Of a DNA stretch of 64,000 bases, positions 1-13,444 are shown piece after piece. The number at the start of each line of letters is the position of its first letter. Position 1 is the first letter of the stretch. The position numbers were made by a program, and so were the translations under genes. Origin of the DNA: Octopus sinensis (lineage: Eukaryota); the NCBI RefSeq assembly GCF_006345805.1, contig NC_043025.1, positions 7,502,001 to 7,566,000 on the forward strand. Reading direction: 5' to 3'. Under the pieces are notes generated by a model that worked only from the letters and a program-made list of their open reading frames with translations, ran no database searches and was not told the DNA's origin.

Positions 1-363
1 ATATGTATATATATATATATGTATATATATATATGTATATATATATGTATATATATATATGTATATATATATGTGTATATATATATGTATATATATATAT
101 ATGTATGTATATATGTATATATATATATATGTATGTATATATGTATATATATATGTATGTATATATGTATGTATATATATATGTATATATATGTATGTAT
201 ATATATATATATGTATGTATATATATGTATATATATATATGTATGTATATATGTATGTATATATGTATGTATATATATATGTATGTATATATGTATGTAT
301 ATATATATGTATGTATATATGTATGTATATATGTATGTATATATATATGTATGTATATATGTG

Positions 364-395
<32 letters not shown>

Positions 396-455
396 TGTAT
401 GTATATGTGTGTATACATATAGTATGTGTGTATGTATATGTGTGTGTGTGTGTGT
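1..455. repeat. (TA)n/(TATG)n compound microsatellite
   Basis: Continuous ATATATGT-type low-complexity run; source of Y/I/M/C-rich pseudo-ORFs. Confidence 0.97.
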
Positions 456-944
456 ATGCCTCTCTTCTGTTTGTTGTTGAGGCGCAATGTGTATCTAGGA
501 GTACATCATCCAATGTGCTCTTCCTCTTCCAAACAGGCTGTAATTTCCAGAAGTGACGTGGCTGCTATTTCCAGCCGCTCGTGTGACCACTACGAAATGA
601 CCCTTCTAGTTTGCCATTGTTTTTGTTTAGCCCCCCCCTCCCTCCCCCCAGGCCGTCTGTGATCACGAGACAATCCATCCGTGACCGCCTCGTCTCATAA
701 GTCTTTATATATCGGAACCAAGTGCATTATTTTATATAATAAGTTTAACCTCTATCTGGTTGCATGACATGCTAGAAATAACAGGGAGAATCCCTAATTT
801 ATCTTGTCGTAGTTGTTGTCTGTTGTCGCTGGTGGTGGTCATGGTAGGTGTGTGCATGCATGGAAAGAGTATTATCGATGAGGACAGTATCAAAACTGTC
901 CACTGTGCATATATTATGTATATATACATCATTATCACCGTGGT

Positions 945-1152
945 CGTATTAAACATATGTATATATACGTATATATAACATGTATGTATATGAAAACGTG
1001 TGTATATGTTTATATGTGAATTTACGTATGTATATAGATATGTATATATATGTGTGTGTGTACAAATGCATATATTAGATATATACAGCTGTACTGATAT
1101 TTGTGTATACACACAAACATATACATACATACATACACACACACATATATAC

Positions 1153-1183
<31 letters not shown>

Positions 1184-1206
1184 TATATATATACACACAC
1201 ACACAC

Positions 1207-1237
<31 letters not shown>

Positions 1238-1540
1238 TATATATACACACACACACACAATATATATATATACACACACACACACATATATATATACACA
1301 CACATATATATACTCACACACATATACATATATATACACACACACATACATATATATACACACACATATATATATACACACACATATATATATATATATA
1401 CACACATATATATATATATATACACACACATATATATATATATATAACACACATATATATATATATACACACACACACATATACACACACACACATATAT
1501 ACACACACATATATATATATACACACACACATATACGTAT
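945..1540. repeat. (TA)n/(CA)n compound microsatellite
   Basis: Alternating TA and CA runs. Confidence 0.95.
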
Positions 1541-1729
1541 GTATGGATGAATGTGCAGTCGGATTGAGCTAGGTGATGGGTGTATATGTATCAGGTGTAG
1601 AGAAAATCGGTTAAAATATTCACCAAGGCCAAACGAAGTTTTGTAATGAAGAAGATGGCTATAACGCCATTTCTCCTATCGTCTGCCTCTTCCAAATTAC
1701 ACACTCGCACACACACGCATACATTATAT

Positions 1730-1744
1730 GCATATATATGCATG

Positions 1745-1793
<49 letters not shown>

Positions 1794-2300
1794 GTGTGTG
1801 TTTGTATGTAAGTATGTAGTCACGTCTGTGAACATATACCCTACATATGTTTGTGTGTGTGTATACACACGCACATAATATATTATATGTATATATATAT
1901 ATATATGTATGTATAATATATGTATATATATGTATATATATATATGTATATATATATATATTATATATGTATATAATGTATGTATATAAGTATGTATTAT
2001 ATATATGTATGTATATGTGTATGTATATATATGTATATATGTATGTATATGTAATATATGTATGTATATATATGTATGTATATGTATATATATATGTATG
2101 TATATATATATAGTATATAGTATATATATATATATATATATTAGTATATATATTAGGATATATATAGTATATATATATGTATGTATTTTGTATATATATG
2201 TATATGTATGTATGTATATATAATGTATGTATTATAATGTAAGTATGATATATGTATGTATATATATGTATATGTATATATATATATACACATACACACA
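1730..2300. repeat. (TA)n/(TATG)n microsatellite
   Basis: Low-complexity AT-rich run. Confidence 0.9.
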
Positions 2301-2659
2301 TCGTGTGTATGTGTACTTAAAAGATATACATGGCTGTGTCTGTATGTTCGCTGATAGTAATCTCTACATGTTCAAATACCTGTGGCCATGCATGTGAGTG
2401 AGTGAGTGTGTAATCGTGCATGTATATATATATATATATGCATGCATGTGTAGTGTATATATAGTCGTGTGTGTTTGTGTGTCTCTTGTTGTTTTGTTAA
2501 CCGACAAACAAGTTATATAAATAGTCCGCAGCTGGGTTGCACACATCACATGCTCGTGCACCTGGAAAGACGTGTTTATATAATAGGCACGTATACATAC
2601 ATACATATATATACACACACGCGTATATATATATATATATATATTTATGCAGGTTTCAT

Positions 2660-2895
2660 TCATTCATTGAACTGCGGCCATGCTGGGGCACCACCTTGAA
2701 CAATTCGACCCAAGGACTTTTTTTTTGTTTTTTAAAAGCCTAGTACTTATTTATTCTATCGGTCTCGTTTGCCCGACCGCTGAGTTACGGGGGACGTAAA
2801 CACACCAACAGCGGTTGTCAAGCGGCGAGGGAGGGAGGGAGCGGGTGGGTGGTGACAGGTGGCAAACACAGATATGTACATATATATGTGTGTGA

Positions 2896-2947
<52 letters not shown>

Positions 2948-3131
2948 GTGTGTGTGTATGTATACAACGGACTTCTTTCAGTTTCCGTTTACCAAATCCA
3001 CTCACAAGGCTTTGGTTGTTCCACGGTTATATAATAGAAGTCATTTGCTTCAGGTGCCACGCAGTGGGAGCGAACTCGGGGCCATATGGTTGGGAAGCAA
3101 GCTTCTTATCACACAGCCAGGCCTGCGCCCC
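2660..3131 (-). mobile_element. tRNA-derived SINE, family A-related subfamily
   Basis: Reverse complement has head GGCGCAGG..TGGCTGTGTG, central microsatellite and GTGCCCCAGCATGGCCGCAG tail. Confidence 0.8.
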
Positions 3132-3169
3132 TGTATATATATGTGCGTGTGTGTGTTTAATTTTGTTTC

Positions 3170-3525
3170 ATTCATTGAATTGCGGCCATGCTGGGGCATC
3201 ACCTTGAAGGGTTTTAGTTGAACAAATCGACCCCCAATACATATTTTTAAAGCCTTGATATTTATTTTACCGAACATCTTTTGACGAGCCGCTAAGTTAC
3301 GGGAGCACGGTTGTTAAGCGCTGAGAGAAGCTAAACACACACACACACACACACACAGAGGCCTCTACGACGGGTTTCCACGCAGTTTCCTTCGCCCAGT
3401 TTCACTCACAGAAGCTTTGATCGACAAGGGGCTGTAGTAGAAGACACTTGCCCGAGATGCCGCGTAGTGTGATTGAACCCGAAATCGCAGGTTGTAAAGC
3501 GAGTTTCTTAACCATGTTGCCGTGT
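3170..3525 (-). mobile_element. diverged family A-related SINE
   Basis: Shares tail motif and GGGCAAGTGTCTTCTACTA core. Confidence 0.65.
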
Positions 3526-3987
3526 GTCCGTGTCCGTAGGTATTGTTTATTTAATTCCCAGGGCAGTTCTGACCGAGTAGTCCTTATGATCAAAGGCCTT
3601 CCAACCATGCCGAACCCATCTTTATATATATATATATATATATAGTTCTCTATTCTTTTTGTAAGGACGTTAGCCTATGATTGGAGGAGATTTGACTGAC
3701 ATTTCCAGCATTTGGGGCGATCACACAATCACGCCTTTGTTTACTCGAGTTTTGCCTGGTCGTGTGTATACAGCACGCACACACCCACACAATCAGAATA
3801 TGTGTGTATGGCAAAAACAGTAGTGAATCATATTGACCTTAGTCTGCTACGTTTACATTCTTGGCATTCCTGTACAATAGCGTCGGAAATCACCTACTGC
3901 GCCAAAACGCAATTTCTTCGGTACTGTTCGTGTTAATGCATCGTAGATTACGAATTAGCCAAAAATAAAACAGAAAAGTTAACTATA

Positions 3988-4537
3988 GGCGCAGGAGTGG
4001 CTGTGTGGTAAGTAGCTTGCTAACCAACCACATGGTTCCGGGTTCAGTCCCACTGCGTGGCACCTTGGGCAAGTGTCTTCTGCTATAGCCCCGGGCCGAC
4101 CAATGCCTTGTAAGTGGATTTGGTAGTCGGAAACTGAAAGAAGCCCGTCGTATATATATATATTATATATATATATATGGCTGTGTGGTAAGTAGCTTGT
4201 CTACCAACCACATGGTTCCGGGTTCAGTCCCACTGCGTGGCATCTTGGGCTGTAGCCTCGGGCCAACCAAAGCCTTGTGAGTGGATTTGGTAGACGGAAA
4301 CTGAAAGAAGCCTGTTGTATATATGTATGTGTGTGTATATGTTTGTGTGTCTGTGTTTGTCCCCGTAGCATTGCTTGACAACCGATGCTGGTGTGTTTAC
4401 ATCCCCGTCACTTAGCGGTTCGATAGAATAAGTACTAGGCTTACAAAGAATAAGTCCCGGGGTCAATTTGCTCGACTAAAGGCAGTGCTCCAGCATGGCC
4501 GCAGTCAAATGACTAAAACAAGTAAAAAAGTAAAAGA
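3988..4537 (+). mobile_element. tRNA-derived SINE family A, head duplicated
   Basis: A box TGGCTGTGTGG, B box GGTTCAGTCCC; head present at 3988 and again near 4178; tail GACTAAAACAAGTAAAA. Confidence 0.9.
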
Positions 4538-5044
4538 AAGTATAAAAAAAAATGGATGATGATGTTAGATAGTGGTATGTGATTTGAGGGCGCTTTAACT
4601 GCTATTTCTAGCAGTTGCTCGCACTTTGCGACATGGTAGTAGAGGTTGTAGTGGTCGTTGTTGTTTAGTCCTGAGACAGCCTTGAAGAAGCAGACCTATC
4701 ATTGAGGTTGTTCCAGCCATGACCATCTTGTTGGTTTTGTATACCTAAGACTACCTTCTTCATTGTGTCCTTCGTTTTTTGTTTTTATAAATCTGACCCG
4801 TGATTTAATAGAGATCTGGCTGTCATTTCCAGCATGCTGGTCAACTCGTGTCTTTCTTTCATAGTCATCATCGCCTTTGAGAGAAAGGCGTCAACGCTGC
4901 AGCTTCCACTCTCTTTCATAATGGATAGAGGCACAAAATATTTTCCCTCATTTTGTTAGAAATAACAGCTAAATCTTCCATAAATCACAACAACCATCTT
5001 AACGAGACGGTGAGCTGGCAGAGAGTTTAAAGTACCAGTAAGTA

Positions 5045-5258
5045 CATCACAACAGCTGATGTACTTGCGCGTACAAATGCACGTTCCCACGGCTTTATCG
5101 ATCGCATTCTCACCTGGAATCGATTTTTGTAATTTTTTCAAGACTTATACACACCCTGATACTGCTGGTATCTACATATCAAATTTGAGCGCAATCGGAT
5201 GGAGGATGCCAGAGGTCCTAGAAGACTCACAGACAGACGGAATGGATTTTATATTATA
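5045..5258. mobile_element. DINE-1/HINE-like (Helentron-associated) non-autonomous element
   Basis: AAATTTGAGCGCAATCGG...CAGACAGACGG...TTTATAT layout typical of HINE elements; recalled similarity only. Confidence 0.45.
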
Positions 5259-5271
5259 TATGTGTATATCA

Positions 5272-5660
5272 TCATCATCATCATCATTTAACGTCCGCTT
5301 TCCATGCTAGCATGGGTTGGACGGTTCAACTGGGGTCTGGGGAGCCCGAAGGCTGCACCAGGCCAGTCAGATCTGGCAGTGTTTCTACAGCTGGATGCCC
5401 TTCCTAACGCCAACCACTCCGAGAGTGTAGTGGGTGATTTTATGTGCCACCGACACAGGTGCCAGACGAGGCTGGCGAACGGCCACGCTCGGATGGTGTT
5501 TTTATGTGCCACCGACACGGGTGCCAGACGAAGCTGGCGAACGGCCACGCTCGGATGGTGTTTTATGTGCCACCGACATGGGTGCCAGACAAGGCTAGCA
5601 GACGACCACGCTCGGATGGTGTTTTATGTGCCACCGACACAGGTGCCAGACGAGGCTGGC
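5272..5660 (-). mobile_element. (TGA)n-tailed retroposon family C with internal 61-62 bp tandem units
   Basis: (CAT)n end, CTGGATGCCCTTCCTAACGCC motif, about 3.5 units starting 5442, 5504, 5565, 5626. Confidence 0.85.
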
Positions 5661-5809
5661 GTTTGTCCCCAACCACTGCTTGGCAGCTGGTATGGGTCTT
5701 TTGTCAGATATTTTGGTAAAATGTCTTCAGTATTAATGCCCTTACCGTGTTCCCATGAACAGCATTTGTATACATATGTGTGTATATACATATATATATA
5801 TATGTTGTT

Positions 5810-6086
5810 GTTCGAGCCATAAGGGCCAATTTCCCAGTTTCCTTGGTGTATAGGTTCCCCACCTGGATGGGACACCGGTCCGTCATAGGCGAGCTGCAAG
5901 ATGCAGGAGGAAAGAGTGAGAGAAAGTTGTGGCAAAACAGTCAGCAGAAGTTCACCACTACCTCTTGCCAGAGCCACATGCAGCTTAGGTGTTTCACTCA
6001 TAATCACACACATTGCTCAGTCTGAGATTTGAACCTGCAATCCCTCAACCGCAAGTCCACTGCTATAACCGCTAGACCATGTGCCT
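5810..6086 (-). mobile_element. old copy of tRNA-derived SINE family D
   Basis: AAGAGTGAGAGAAAGTTGTGG middle and degenerate head shared with 39087-39461. Confidence 0.65.
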
Positions 6087-6107
6087 ACACATGTATGTAT
6101 GTATATA

Positions 6108-6360
6108 CTCTCTTTTACTTGTTTCAGTAATTTACTGCGGCCATGCTGGAGCACCGCCTTATTAGTCGAGCGAAACGACCCCAGGACTTATTCTTTGTCA
6201 GCCCAGTACTTATTCTATCGGTCTCTTCTGCTGAACCACTAAGTGACGGGGACGTAAACACACCAGCATCGGTTGTCAAGCAATGCTAGGGGGACAAACA
6301 CAGACACACAAACACACACACGCATATATATATGTATATATACATATATATATATGTATT

Positions 6361-6403
<43 letters not shown>

Positions 6404-6460
6404 TATATAACGTATATAATATATATATATATATGTATATATACTATTATATATCTTATA

Positions 6461-6495
<35 letters not shown>

Positions 6496-6672
6496 ATATA
6501 TATACACATAATATGACAGGGTCTTCTTTCAGTTTCCATCTACCAAATCCACTCACAGCCTTTGGTCGGGCCGGGGCTATAGTAGAAGACACTTGCCCAA
6601 GATGCCACGCAGTGGGACTGAACCCGGAACCATGTTTGGTTAGCAAGCTACTTACCACACAGCCACTCCTGC
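6108..6672 (-). mobile_element. SINE family A, full length with expanded central (TA)n
   Basis: Head, core and tail all match 3988-4537. Confidence 0.9.
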
Positions 6673-6811
6673 TATATATATATATATATATATGCGTGTG
6701 TGTGTTTGTGTGTCTGTGTTTGTCCCCCTATATATATATATATGTGAAATTTATAATTTTTTGCATATTCTTTTGATGTGTACCTTACCTGTCATCTTTG
6801 ATGCTTTAGGG

Positions 6812-7012
6812 CAGTGGTTTTCAACCAGGGTTCCGCCAGCACAGTCCAGGGGTTCTGCAAGAAGTTACAAAACTGCTAAAATCGGCAGTAATTTTTAAGT
6901 CTCCTGTGCAGATATGTGTGCATAATACTATTAAATTATTACACAGGGGTTCCTCGAGCCAGTGGAATGTTTCCTTGGGGTTCCGCTCCAGCAAAAAGTT
7001 TGAAAAGCACTG
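6812..7012. mobile_element. hAT-superfamily MITE
   Basis: TIRs CAGTGGTTTTCAACC / GTTTGAAAAGCACTG; perfect 8-bp TSD CTTTAGGG at 6804-6811 and 7013-7020. Confidence 0.9.
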
Positions 7013-7450
7013 CTTTAGGGTTTGATGGAATTGTCAATCAAATACTGGGTTTGATATATTAACCCCCACCTGCCTCTCTCACTTGGATGACATTGTTGCT
7101 ATGGTCCTTTATGTTCTGTGTTCAAATTCTACCGAAATCTGCTTTGCCTTTCATTGTTCGCAGGGTAAACAAAAACAAACAAACCGGTAAGGTACCAGTG
7201 ACTACAAGTACCTCTTAAAGTAACCAAGTAGCAGACAACCAGAACAATGGTGGAACCCATGGAATCTGATTATGGCCCCTACTACAAAAATCTGACAATT
7301 AGGGAGTCAAACTGAGTGGAACACAAGAGACTAAATTATTTCCTCTTTTCAGGAATCAAAGGCATTAGGGGAATTGTGATGGAAGACCCCTGTGACCCTT
7401 CCAAACATTGATAACAATTGTATATCTGGAATAGGGATCAGCAAACTTAC

Positions 7451-7508
7451 ATTTCAATGACCCTTTCATGAATTGTTGATAACTTACTGACCTGCATCGT
7501 GTTAATTT
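7451..7508 (-). CDS. candidate 58-nt internal exon, product unknown
   Basis: Pyrimidine tract + CTGTAG acceptor and AT|GTAAGT donor; open in two frames (xINTMQVSKLSTIHERVIE or KLTRCRSVSYQQFMKGSLK); no homology recognised. Confidence 0.25.
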
Positions 7509-7821
7509 CTACAGCGTAATTAAAAAGGATAATTAATAAGAAAATATCTCGATTTAAAAGCGATAATAGGTACATATGTGGCTGTGTGGTTAAGAAGCTT
7601 GCTTCCCAATTATGTAATCGTGAGTTCAGTCCCACTGTACAGCACCTTGACCAAGAGTATTCTGCTCCATAGCACTGGGCTGACCATAGCCTTGTGAGTG
7701 GGTTTTGATAGATGGAAACTGATAAAAACCTGCCGCGTCCTTTCTCTCCCTCCCCCTCATACACACAGACGAGTGTGTACCCTTATGCTGACATGTCATG
7801 ATTGCAGTCAAGTGTCACTCA

Positions 7822-8262
7822 CATCATCATCATCATTGTTCGACCGTGGTCAAGACAATGAAATTTACCATGCTACGCCAGACTTCACGGTCCATCATAG
7901 CATTACGGAGGTCCTGTTGCTGGATGCCTGTATCCCTGGAGATTACATCAGGGTAGGAGAGTGTGCGCCCCCTGGTATCGCGAGTAGATGGCTTCCAGAG
8001 GAGAAGAGTAGAAATTACCTCGTTTTCAGCTCTACAACAATGTCCAGCAAACTGGACTCTCCTACCTTTCACAAGAGATGACACAGGTGGTAGTTTCCCA
8101 TATATTTGCATTTTGGTTGGATGACGCTTCCACGAGAGATTTTGAGCTCTCATAAGGAGGCGAGTGTAGGTTCCATCCAACTGCCTCTCAAGCTTCTTTG
8201 ATAACGTCCAGGTTTCTGAGCCATATAATAGAATTGGTTTGACTGGCTTTGAAGATTTCAAG
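7822..8262 (-). pseudogene. 3' fragment of RTE-clade LINE ORF with (TGA)n tail
   Basis: ILLYGSETWTLSKK...RRVQFAGHCCR...DREVWRSMV is the RTE post-RT C-terminal region; further copies at 33073 and 61510. Confidence 0.88.
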
Positions 8263-8961
8263 TTTGAAGTCTCTACTTAGATTTGATGACCAGATCTTAT
8301 GCATGTTGCTCACAAGAGTGACCTGGAGATGTAATAGACCAGTGTTTCTCAACAAGGGTTCTCTGGAACCTTAGGGTTCCACAAAAGCACAAAGGTTCCT
8401 AGCAGTTCCGAAAGAGTGAGATAAGCTTATGCTAATTTCATAATCGTATTATTACTATACATGCACAATATATTATTGGTTATTGTAATATTGACATCAT
8501 CCTATCTATTTATTGTTATCAAAAGAAATATAACAACCATATATATACGATTCGTAGTTTTGTCGTAGGGTTTTGCCATATGTGAATTACAAATATTATT
8601 GTCTGTGGAGACATATTTTTGTAGTAAAAAGAAATAGTAGTCTTTTGGCTGCTATTTCTAAAATTTTCGGTATGTGGTTTAAGCAACTTGTTGCAAAAAA
8701 CCCTTATTATTATAATTTTATAGGTTGATGTTGTTGACTTAATCCGTTTGTCTGTCCTTGTTTGACCTCTCTGTGTTTAGCCCCTTGTGGGTAGTAAAGA
8801 AGTAGGAAATATATATAAATTTTTGCAGATCAGGTATGGCAGTGTGGTAAGAAGCTTGCTTCCAACTATGTGATTCTAGGTTTTGAGCTGTCATCAATGG
8901 TTCGGTAACAATGCTTTTCCCTAGACAGGCGGGTTGGCTTTATGCAAATCCATTTTTACCT

Positions 8962-9182
8962 ACTCTTTTACTCTTTTACTTGTTTCAGTCATTTGACTGC
9001 AGCCATGCAGGAGCACAGCCTTTTTAGTCGAGCAAATCGACCCTGGGACTTATTCTTTGTAAGCCCAGTACTTATTCTATCGGTCTCTTTTTTGCAGAAA
9101 CCGCTAAGTTACAGGGACGTAAACACACCAGCATCGGTTGTCAAGCAATGCTTGGGGGACAAACACAGACGCACAAACATAT

Positions 9183-9219
<37 letters not shown>

Positions 9220-9391
9220 CACATGTATACGACAGGCTTCTTTCAGTTTCCGTCTACCAAATCCACTCACAAGGCATTGGTCGGCCCGGGGCTATAGCAG
9301 AAGACACTTGCCCAAGATGCCACGCAGTGGGACTGAACCCGGAACCATGTGGTTGGTTAGCAAGCTACTTACCAAACAGCCACTCCTGCCT
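8962..9391 (-). mobile_element. SINE family A
   Basis: Full-length match; explains the 197-aa ORF 8942-9535. Confidence 0.9.
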
Positions 9392-9584
9392 GGCAAGTTG
9401 CCTTCTATATTAGTCTGGTGTCTAACCTTTGGTCTGTTCTGCTTGGGAAGCTCTACAATAGTTATCCTCTACCATTTTCTGTCCGTAGATCCTCTTGACT
9501 ATTGTTTACTCAGGTGGAACCTCATAGCCATATGATGTTAAAAAAAAAAAGACATCTGCTTTGGGTACATATACAGGATCCAAG

Positions 9585-10165
9585 AATGGCTGTGTGGTGA
9601 GAAGCTTGCTTACCAACCACATGGTTCCATTTCAGTCCCAGTTGCACCTTGGGCAAGTGTTTTCTACTATAGCGTCAAGCCAACTAAAGCCTTGTGAGTT
9701 GATTTGGTAGACAGAAACTGAAAGAAGCTCTGTCGTGTATGTATATATATATATATTATATATATATATATACATATATATATGTATAGGCGCAGGAGTG
9801 GCTGTGTGGTAAGTAGCTTGCTTACCAACCACATGGTTCCGGGTTCAGTCCCATTGCATGGCACCTTGGGCAAGTGTTTTCTACTATAGCCCCGGGCCGA
9901 CCAATGCCTTGTGAGTGGATTTGGTAGACGGAAACTGAAAGAAGCCCGTCGTATATATGTGTGTGTGTCTGTATTTGTCCCGCCAACATCACTTGACAAT
10001 CGATGCTGGTGTGTTTACGTCCCCGTCACTTAGCAGTTCGGCAAAAGAGACCGATAGAATAAGTACTGGGCTCACAAAGAATAAGTCCCGGGGTCGATTT
10101 GCTCAACTAAAGGCGGTGCTCCAGCATGGCCGCAGTCAAATGACTGAAACAAGTAAAAGAGTAAA
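9585..10165 (+). mobile_element. SINE family A: decayed head followed by a full copy from 9789
   Basis: Two A/B-box heads, one tail. Confidence 0.85.
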
Positions 10166-10612
10166 TATTATTTAGGAATTGTCTAAAAAAATAAATTGTT
10201 AAAATATTTTTTATATTGCAATATAACCCTTTTGTTGCTCATAAATTTAAACAACAAAATCTTACATGGGCCCTCGCCCCAGGACCATGAGGGCCCTGGT
10301 TGGGAACCACTACCCTTACAAGAAGCCTATGTTCTGCTGGAGTCTACCTCTCAGGGTCCACGACATGACATCACAACATGGACTGGACCTTGTGGTGGGT
10401 GGTACTAGTGTTTGTCCCCTATCATCGCTTGCCAACTGATGTTGGTGTGTTTATGTCCCCGTAACTTAGCAGTTCAGCAATAGAGACAAGGTTCAGCAAT
10501 AAGTACTGGGCTTACAAATAATAAGTCCAGGGGTCGATTTGTTTGACTAAATGTGGTGCTCCAGCATGGTCACAGTCAAATGACTGAAACGAAATAGGTA
10601 CTGCTTACTCAC

Positions 10613-10660
10613 CATGAAATTCACTGAGAATGATGTGTGAGACTAGCAAAGTAGTCGCTA
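10613..10660 (-). CDS. candidate start-codon exon (ATG immediately followed by donor)
   Basis: Minus strand reads ...CTCAGTGAATTTC ATG|GTGAGTAAG; upstream boundary uncertain. Confidence 0.3.
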
Positions 10661-10856
10661 GGCAATATATGTATGTTTTTTTTTTTTTGGGGGGGGGGGG
10701 GCGATCTTTCGGTACAAGTACCATAACTGCCGGTTATAAACCCACGTGGGTTTATTTACATTTCTCAAGAAAAAAGAAACCCTTTTCCCCCCACCCCTAA
10801 CCCTAACCCCATATATATATATATAAAAAAAAACTTTACGGAAAGTGACGAGCTTC

Positions 10857-11280
10857 GGATCTTTTCGGTTTGAACGGCAGTTTTTAACATAATTTCTAGT
10901 TAATTAAACACTTTTAAACTTCGTATACTGGTAGAATGTGTTTATAAAACATCTTTTTCTCTTGGCTTTATTGAGAAAATTCTATAGTTTGTAAGATATT
11001 TGTTGGGGTTTTTCCTCTTCAATTTCTGCAATTTCAACCAATCACTGACGTCTATTGAGGTAAAAAAATACCCCATTCTGTGCTGTATGAATATGTCCCT
11101 CGTTTAAGAAACAGATTGGGTTTATTTACATTTCTGAAGAAAAGAATATACCCTTCTCCCACCCCTAACCCTAACCCTAAAACAGATAGAAATGCAATAG
11201 ATCGATACTAGGGTCATAATTATGGGTGACAATTTCATATGACACCGCTAGAAAATACTGCCGTTCAAACCGAAAAGATC
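10857..11280. mobile_element. GGGATC-ended MITE with internal CCCTAA repeats
   Basis: TIR GATCTTTTCGGTTTGAACGGCAGT at both ends; copies at 25559 and 41426. Confidence 0.88.
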
Positions 11281-11289
11281 TTCCCTTTT

Positions 11290-11620
11290 TTGTGGGGTTC
11301 GTGACGTGGAAAACGGAAGGGCCGCTCCGGGCAGCGCACTCCGTAACTACACTAGTGAGTATGGGCTGGGCCCTACTTTCAGTATCCGTCTGTGAGCTGG
11401 TGAATGTAGTCGTGAATACTTTCTTTTTCAAGTCAGGGGAATCCTGGTTCTGTGAAATTTTTATCTCCAATGTAACCCCCACCCCAAATATCTTATAGGT
11501 GTTCCCTTTCCCGTGCTTGTCTTTCTCTTTCTACCCCCTTCTCCTCCTCACCGTCTCTCGTACTCGAATCGACGCGAACCCCGCCTCAAGTTTGTCCTTG
11601 GAAAACTTTTGCGCTTGTGG
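11290..11620. promoter_or_regulatory. CpG-rich candidate promoter / non-coding first exon
   Basis: Unique CpG-rich sequence with TGACGT and CGGAAG motifs; plus-strand donor A|GTGAGT at 11355 and a minus-strand GTGAGG donor near 11550. Confidence 0.35.
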
Positions 11621-11621
11621 T

Positions 11622-11852
11622 GGCGAGCTGGCAGAAAGGTTAGCACGCCGGGCGAAATGTTTAGCGGTATTTCGTCTGCGTTACGTTGTGAGTTCAAATT
11701 CCGCCGAGGTCGACTTTGCCTTTCATCCTTTCGGGGTCGATAAATTAAAGTACCAGTTATGCACTGAGGTCGATGTAATCGACTTAATACCTATGTCTGT
11801 CCTTGTTTGTCCCCTCTGTGTTTAGCCCCTTGTGGGTAGTAAAGAAATAGGT
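11622..11852 (+). mobile_element. tRNA-derived SINE family B (Meta-domain-like)
   Basis: Head GGCGAGCTGGCAGAA, B box GAGTTCAAATTCC, GGTCGACTTTGCCTTTCATCCTTTCGGGGTCGATAAA core. Confidence 0.85.
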
Positions 11853-11902
11853 AAATAGAAAACCATTATCGGTTCTACTATTGCTACTGCGACTATGCCA
11901 CC

Positions 11903-11935
<33 letters not shown>

Positions 11936-12269
11936 GCTGCTGCTGCTTCCATCACTAGTACTACTGTCTCCAGCAGCACTGCCATCACTACTAATACCAC
12001 CACCTTCATCTTCACCACCAGCGTCTCGTGTTTGAAGACGGTATAATTTCTCCCGCCTCCGCTTTTTGCTATAACCGTTGAGAGATTTAAATTTCGAATG
12101 TGTGTACGTGTTTGTGCACAGGTGCCTGTTCGTGTGTGTTGTGGTCTGCTTCTGTTGTTCTTTCTACGCCGGAGGCCCGTCTTGACCCCAGCAAACCTGA
12201 AATCGAAAGGCCTTCCAGTTATGACCATTCCGTATTATATATATATGTATGTCTCAGGCTTACGGTATT

Positions 12270-12665
12270 CGTACGGGCGAAATGCGTAGCCGTATTTCGT
12301 CTGCCGTTACGTTCTGAGTTCAAATTCGGCCGAGGTCGACTTTGCCTTTCATCCTTTCGGGGTCGATAAATTAAGTACCAGTTACGCACTGGGTCGATGT
12401 AGTCGACTTAACCCCTTTGTCTGTGCTTGTTTGTCCTCTCTGTGTTTACCCTTGTGGGTAGTAAAGAAATAGGTATTTCGTCTGCTGCTACGTTCTGAGT
12501 TCAAATTCCGCCGAGGTCGACTTTGCCTTTCATCCTTTCGGGATCGATAAATTAAGTACCAGTTACGCACTGGGGTCGATGTAATCGACTTAATCCGTTT
12601 GTCTGTCCTTGTTTGTCCCCTCTGTGTTTAGCCCCTTGTGGGTAGTAAAGAAATAGGTATTCGTA
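12270..12665 (+). mobile_element. SINE family B, tandem dimer of the body
   Basis: GTATTTCGT restarts at 12292, 12473, 12657 (181 and 184 bp). Confidence 0.85.
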
Positions 12666-13444
12666 GGGCAATTTAAAATTTAAGGGCGAGGGTAGCGATT
12701 TGGTTGTTGTTTTTAGCAGGTCGATCCCGTGTCTTGTTTTTGTTGTTTCGCCCGAAGTCAACTCTGATCGTCAAACAAACATGCTGATGAAAGACAATCC
12801 AATCGTAGCCACCCCACTCAGTTCCATTTCTTTTGTTGTACTTGATGGCACATAAAACGCACTTTTAATTCCCCCAAGATCTCTCAAAGTAAATTACCCT
12901 AGGCCCAAAATGCGATGTTGGGTTTCCCAGAAACTAGTTTTGTCCTAGATACCCTCAACTGTAGGCTAATTCGGCAATCTTTCGGTATTCATATATGACG
13001 TCATTGCAAGTAATTCTAATCCAGACGGTCACATCTACCTTAGCCTGGCTCCATAATCAAGGTCAGGTTTACGTATGGGTCAAGGCCCAGGGGGCCTCAA
13101 AGCCTAATACAGGGCGTTAAAAAATTGAAAAAAAAATATTTACAGTAATCGCATGAATAATTTATTATTTTTTATTTTATTTAGTTTCAGCTCACTAGCT
13201 GTGGCCATGCTGGGGCACTTTAATCTAGTAGAGTTCTTTTAAAATTATTGAGCCCTCTTTCTATTGGGCCCCTTTAGATTTAAAATCCCATTAGGTTTAA
13301 CTGAGTTCATCTGAATCTACCCAAGTTCTTGTAAGTTTTAGGTCCTCTTCAGACTGTTCCGGGTCCCCTAAATGTTACGGGGAAGATTTGGCTGCTATTT
13401 CTAGCGTGTTGAATGACCACGTAGAGGCTTCTTTTGGATCGTAT

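Noticed and set aside
3-2301. Long Y/I/M/C/V/H/T-rich ORFs (also 17194-17753, 19838-20485, 20643-21134, 35498-35990)
   Set aside because: Stop-free translations of TA/CA/TATG microsatellites, open in many frames
5442-5660. CRISPR-like regular spacing (also 24175-25203, 32271-33000, 57047-58180)
   Set aside because: Whole units repeat with no unique spacers, no cas genes, eukaryotic TE origin
8942-9535. 197-aa ORF and similar ORFs (51692-52213, 55926-56600, 31649-31913)
   Set aside because: Read-through of SINE family A; the same peptides recur in every copy
10795-10810. CCCTAA repeats as telomere or fusion relic (also 11162, 25856)
   Set aside because: Only two to three units, always at the same position inside the GGGATC MITE
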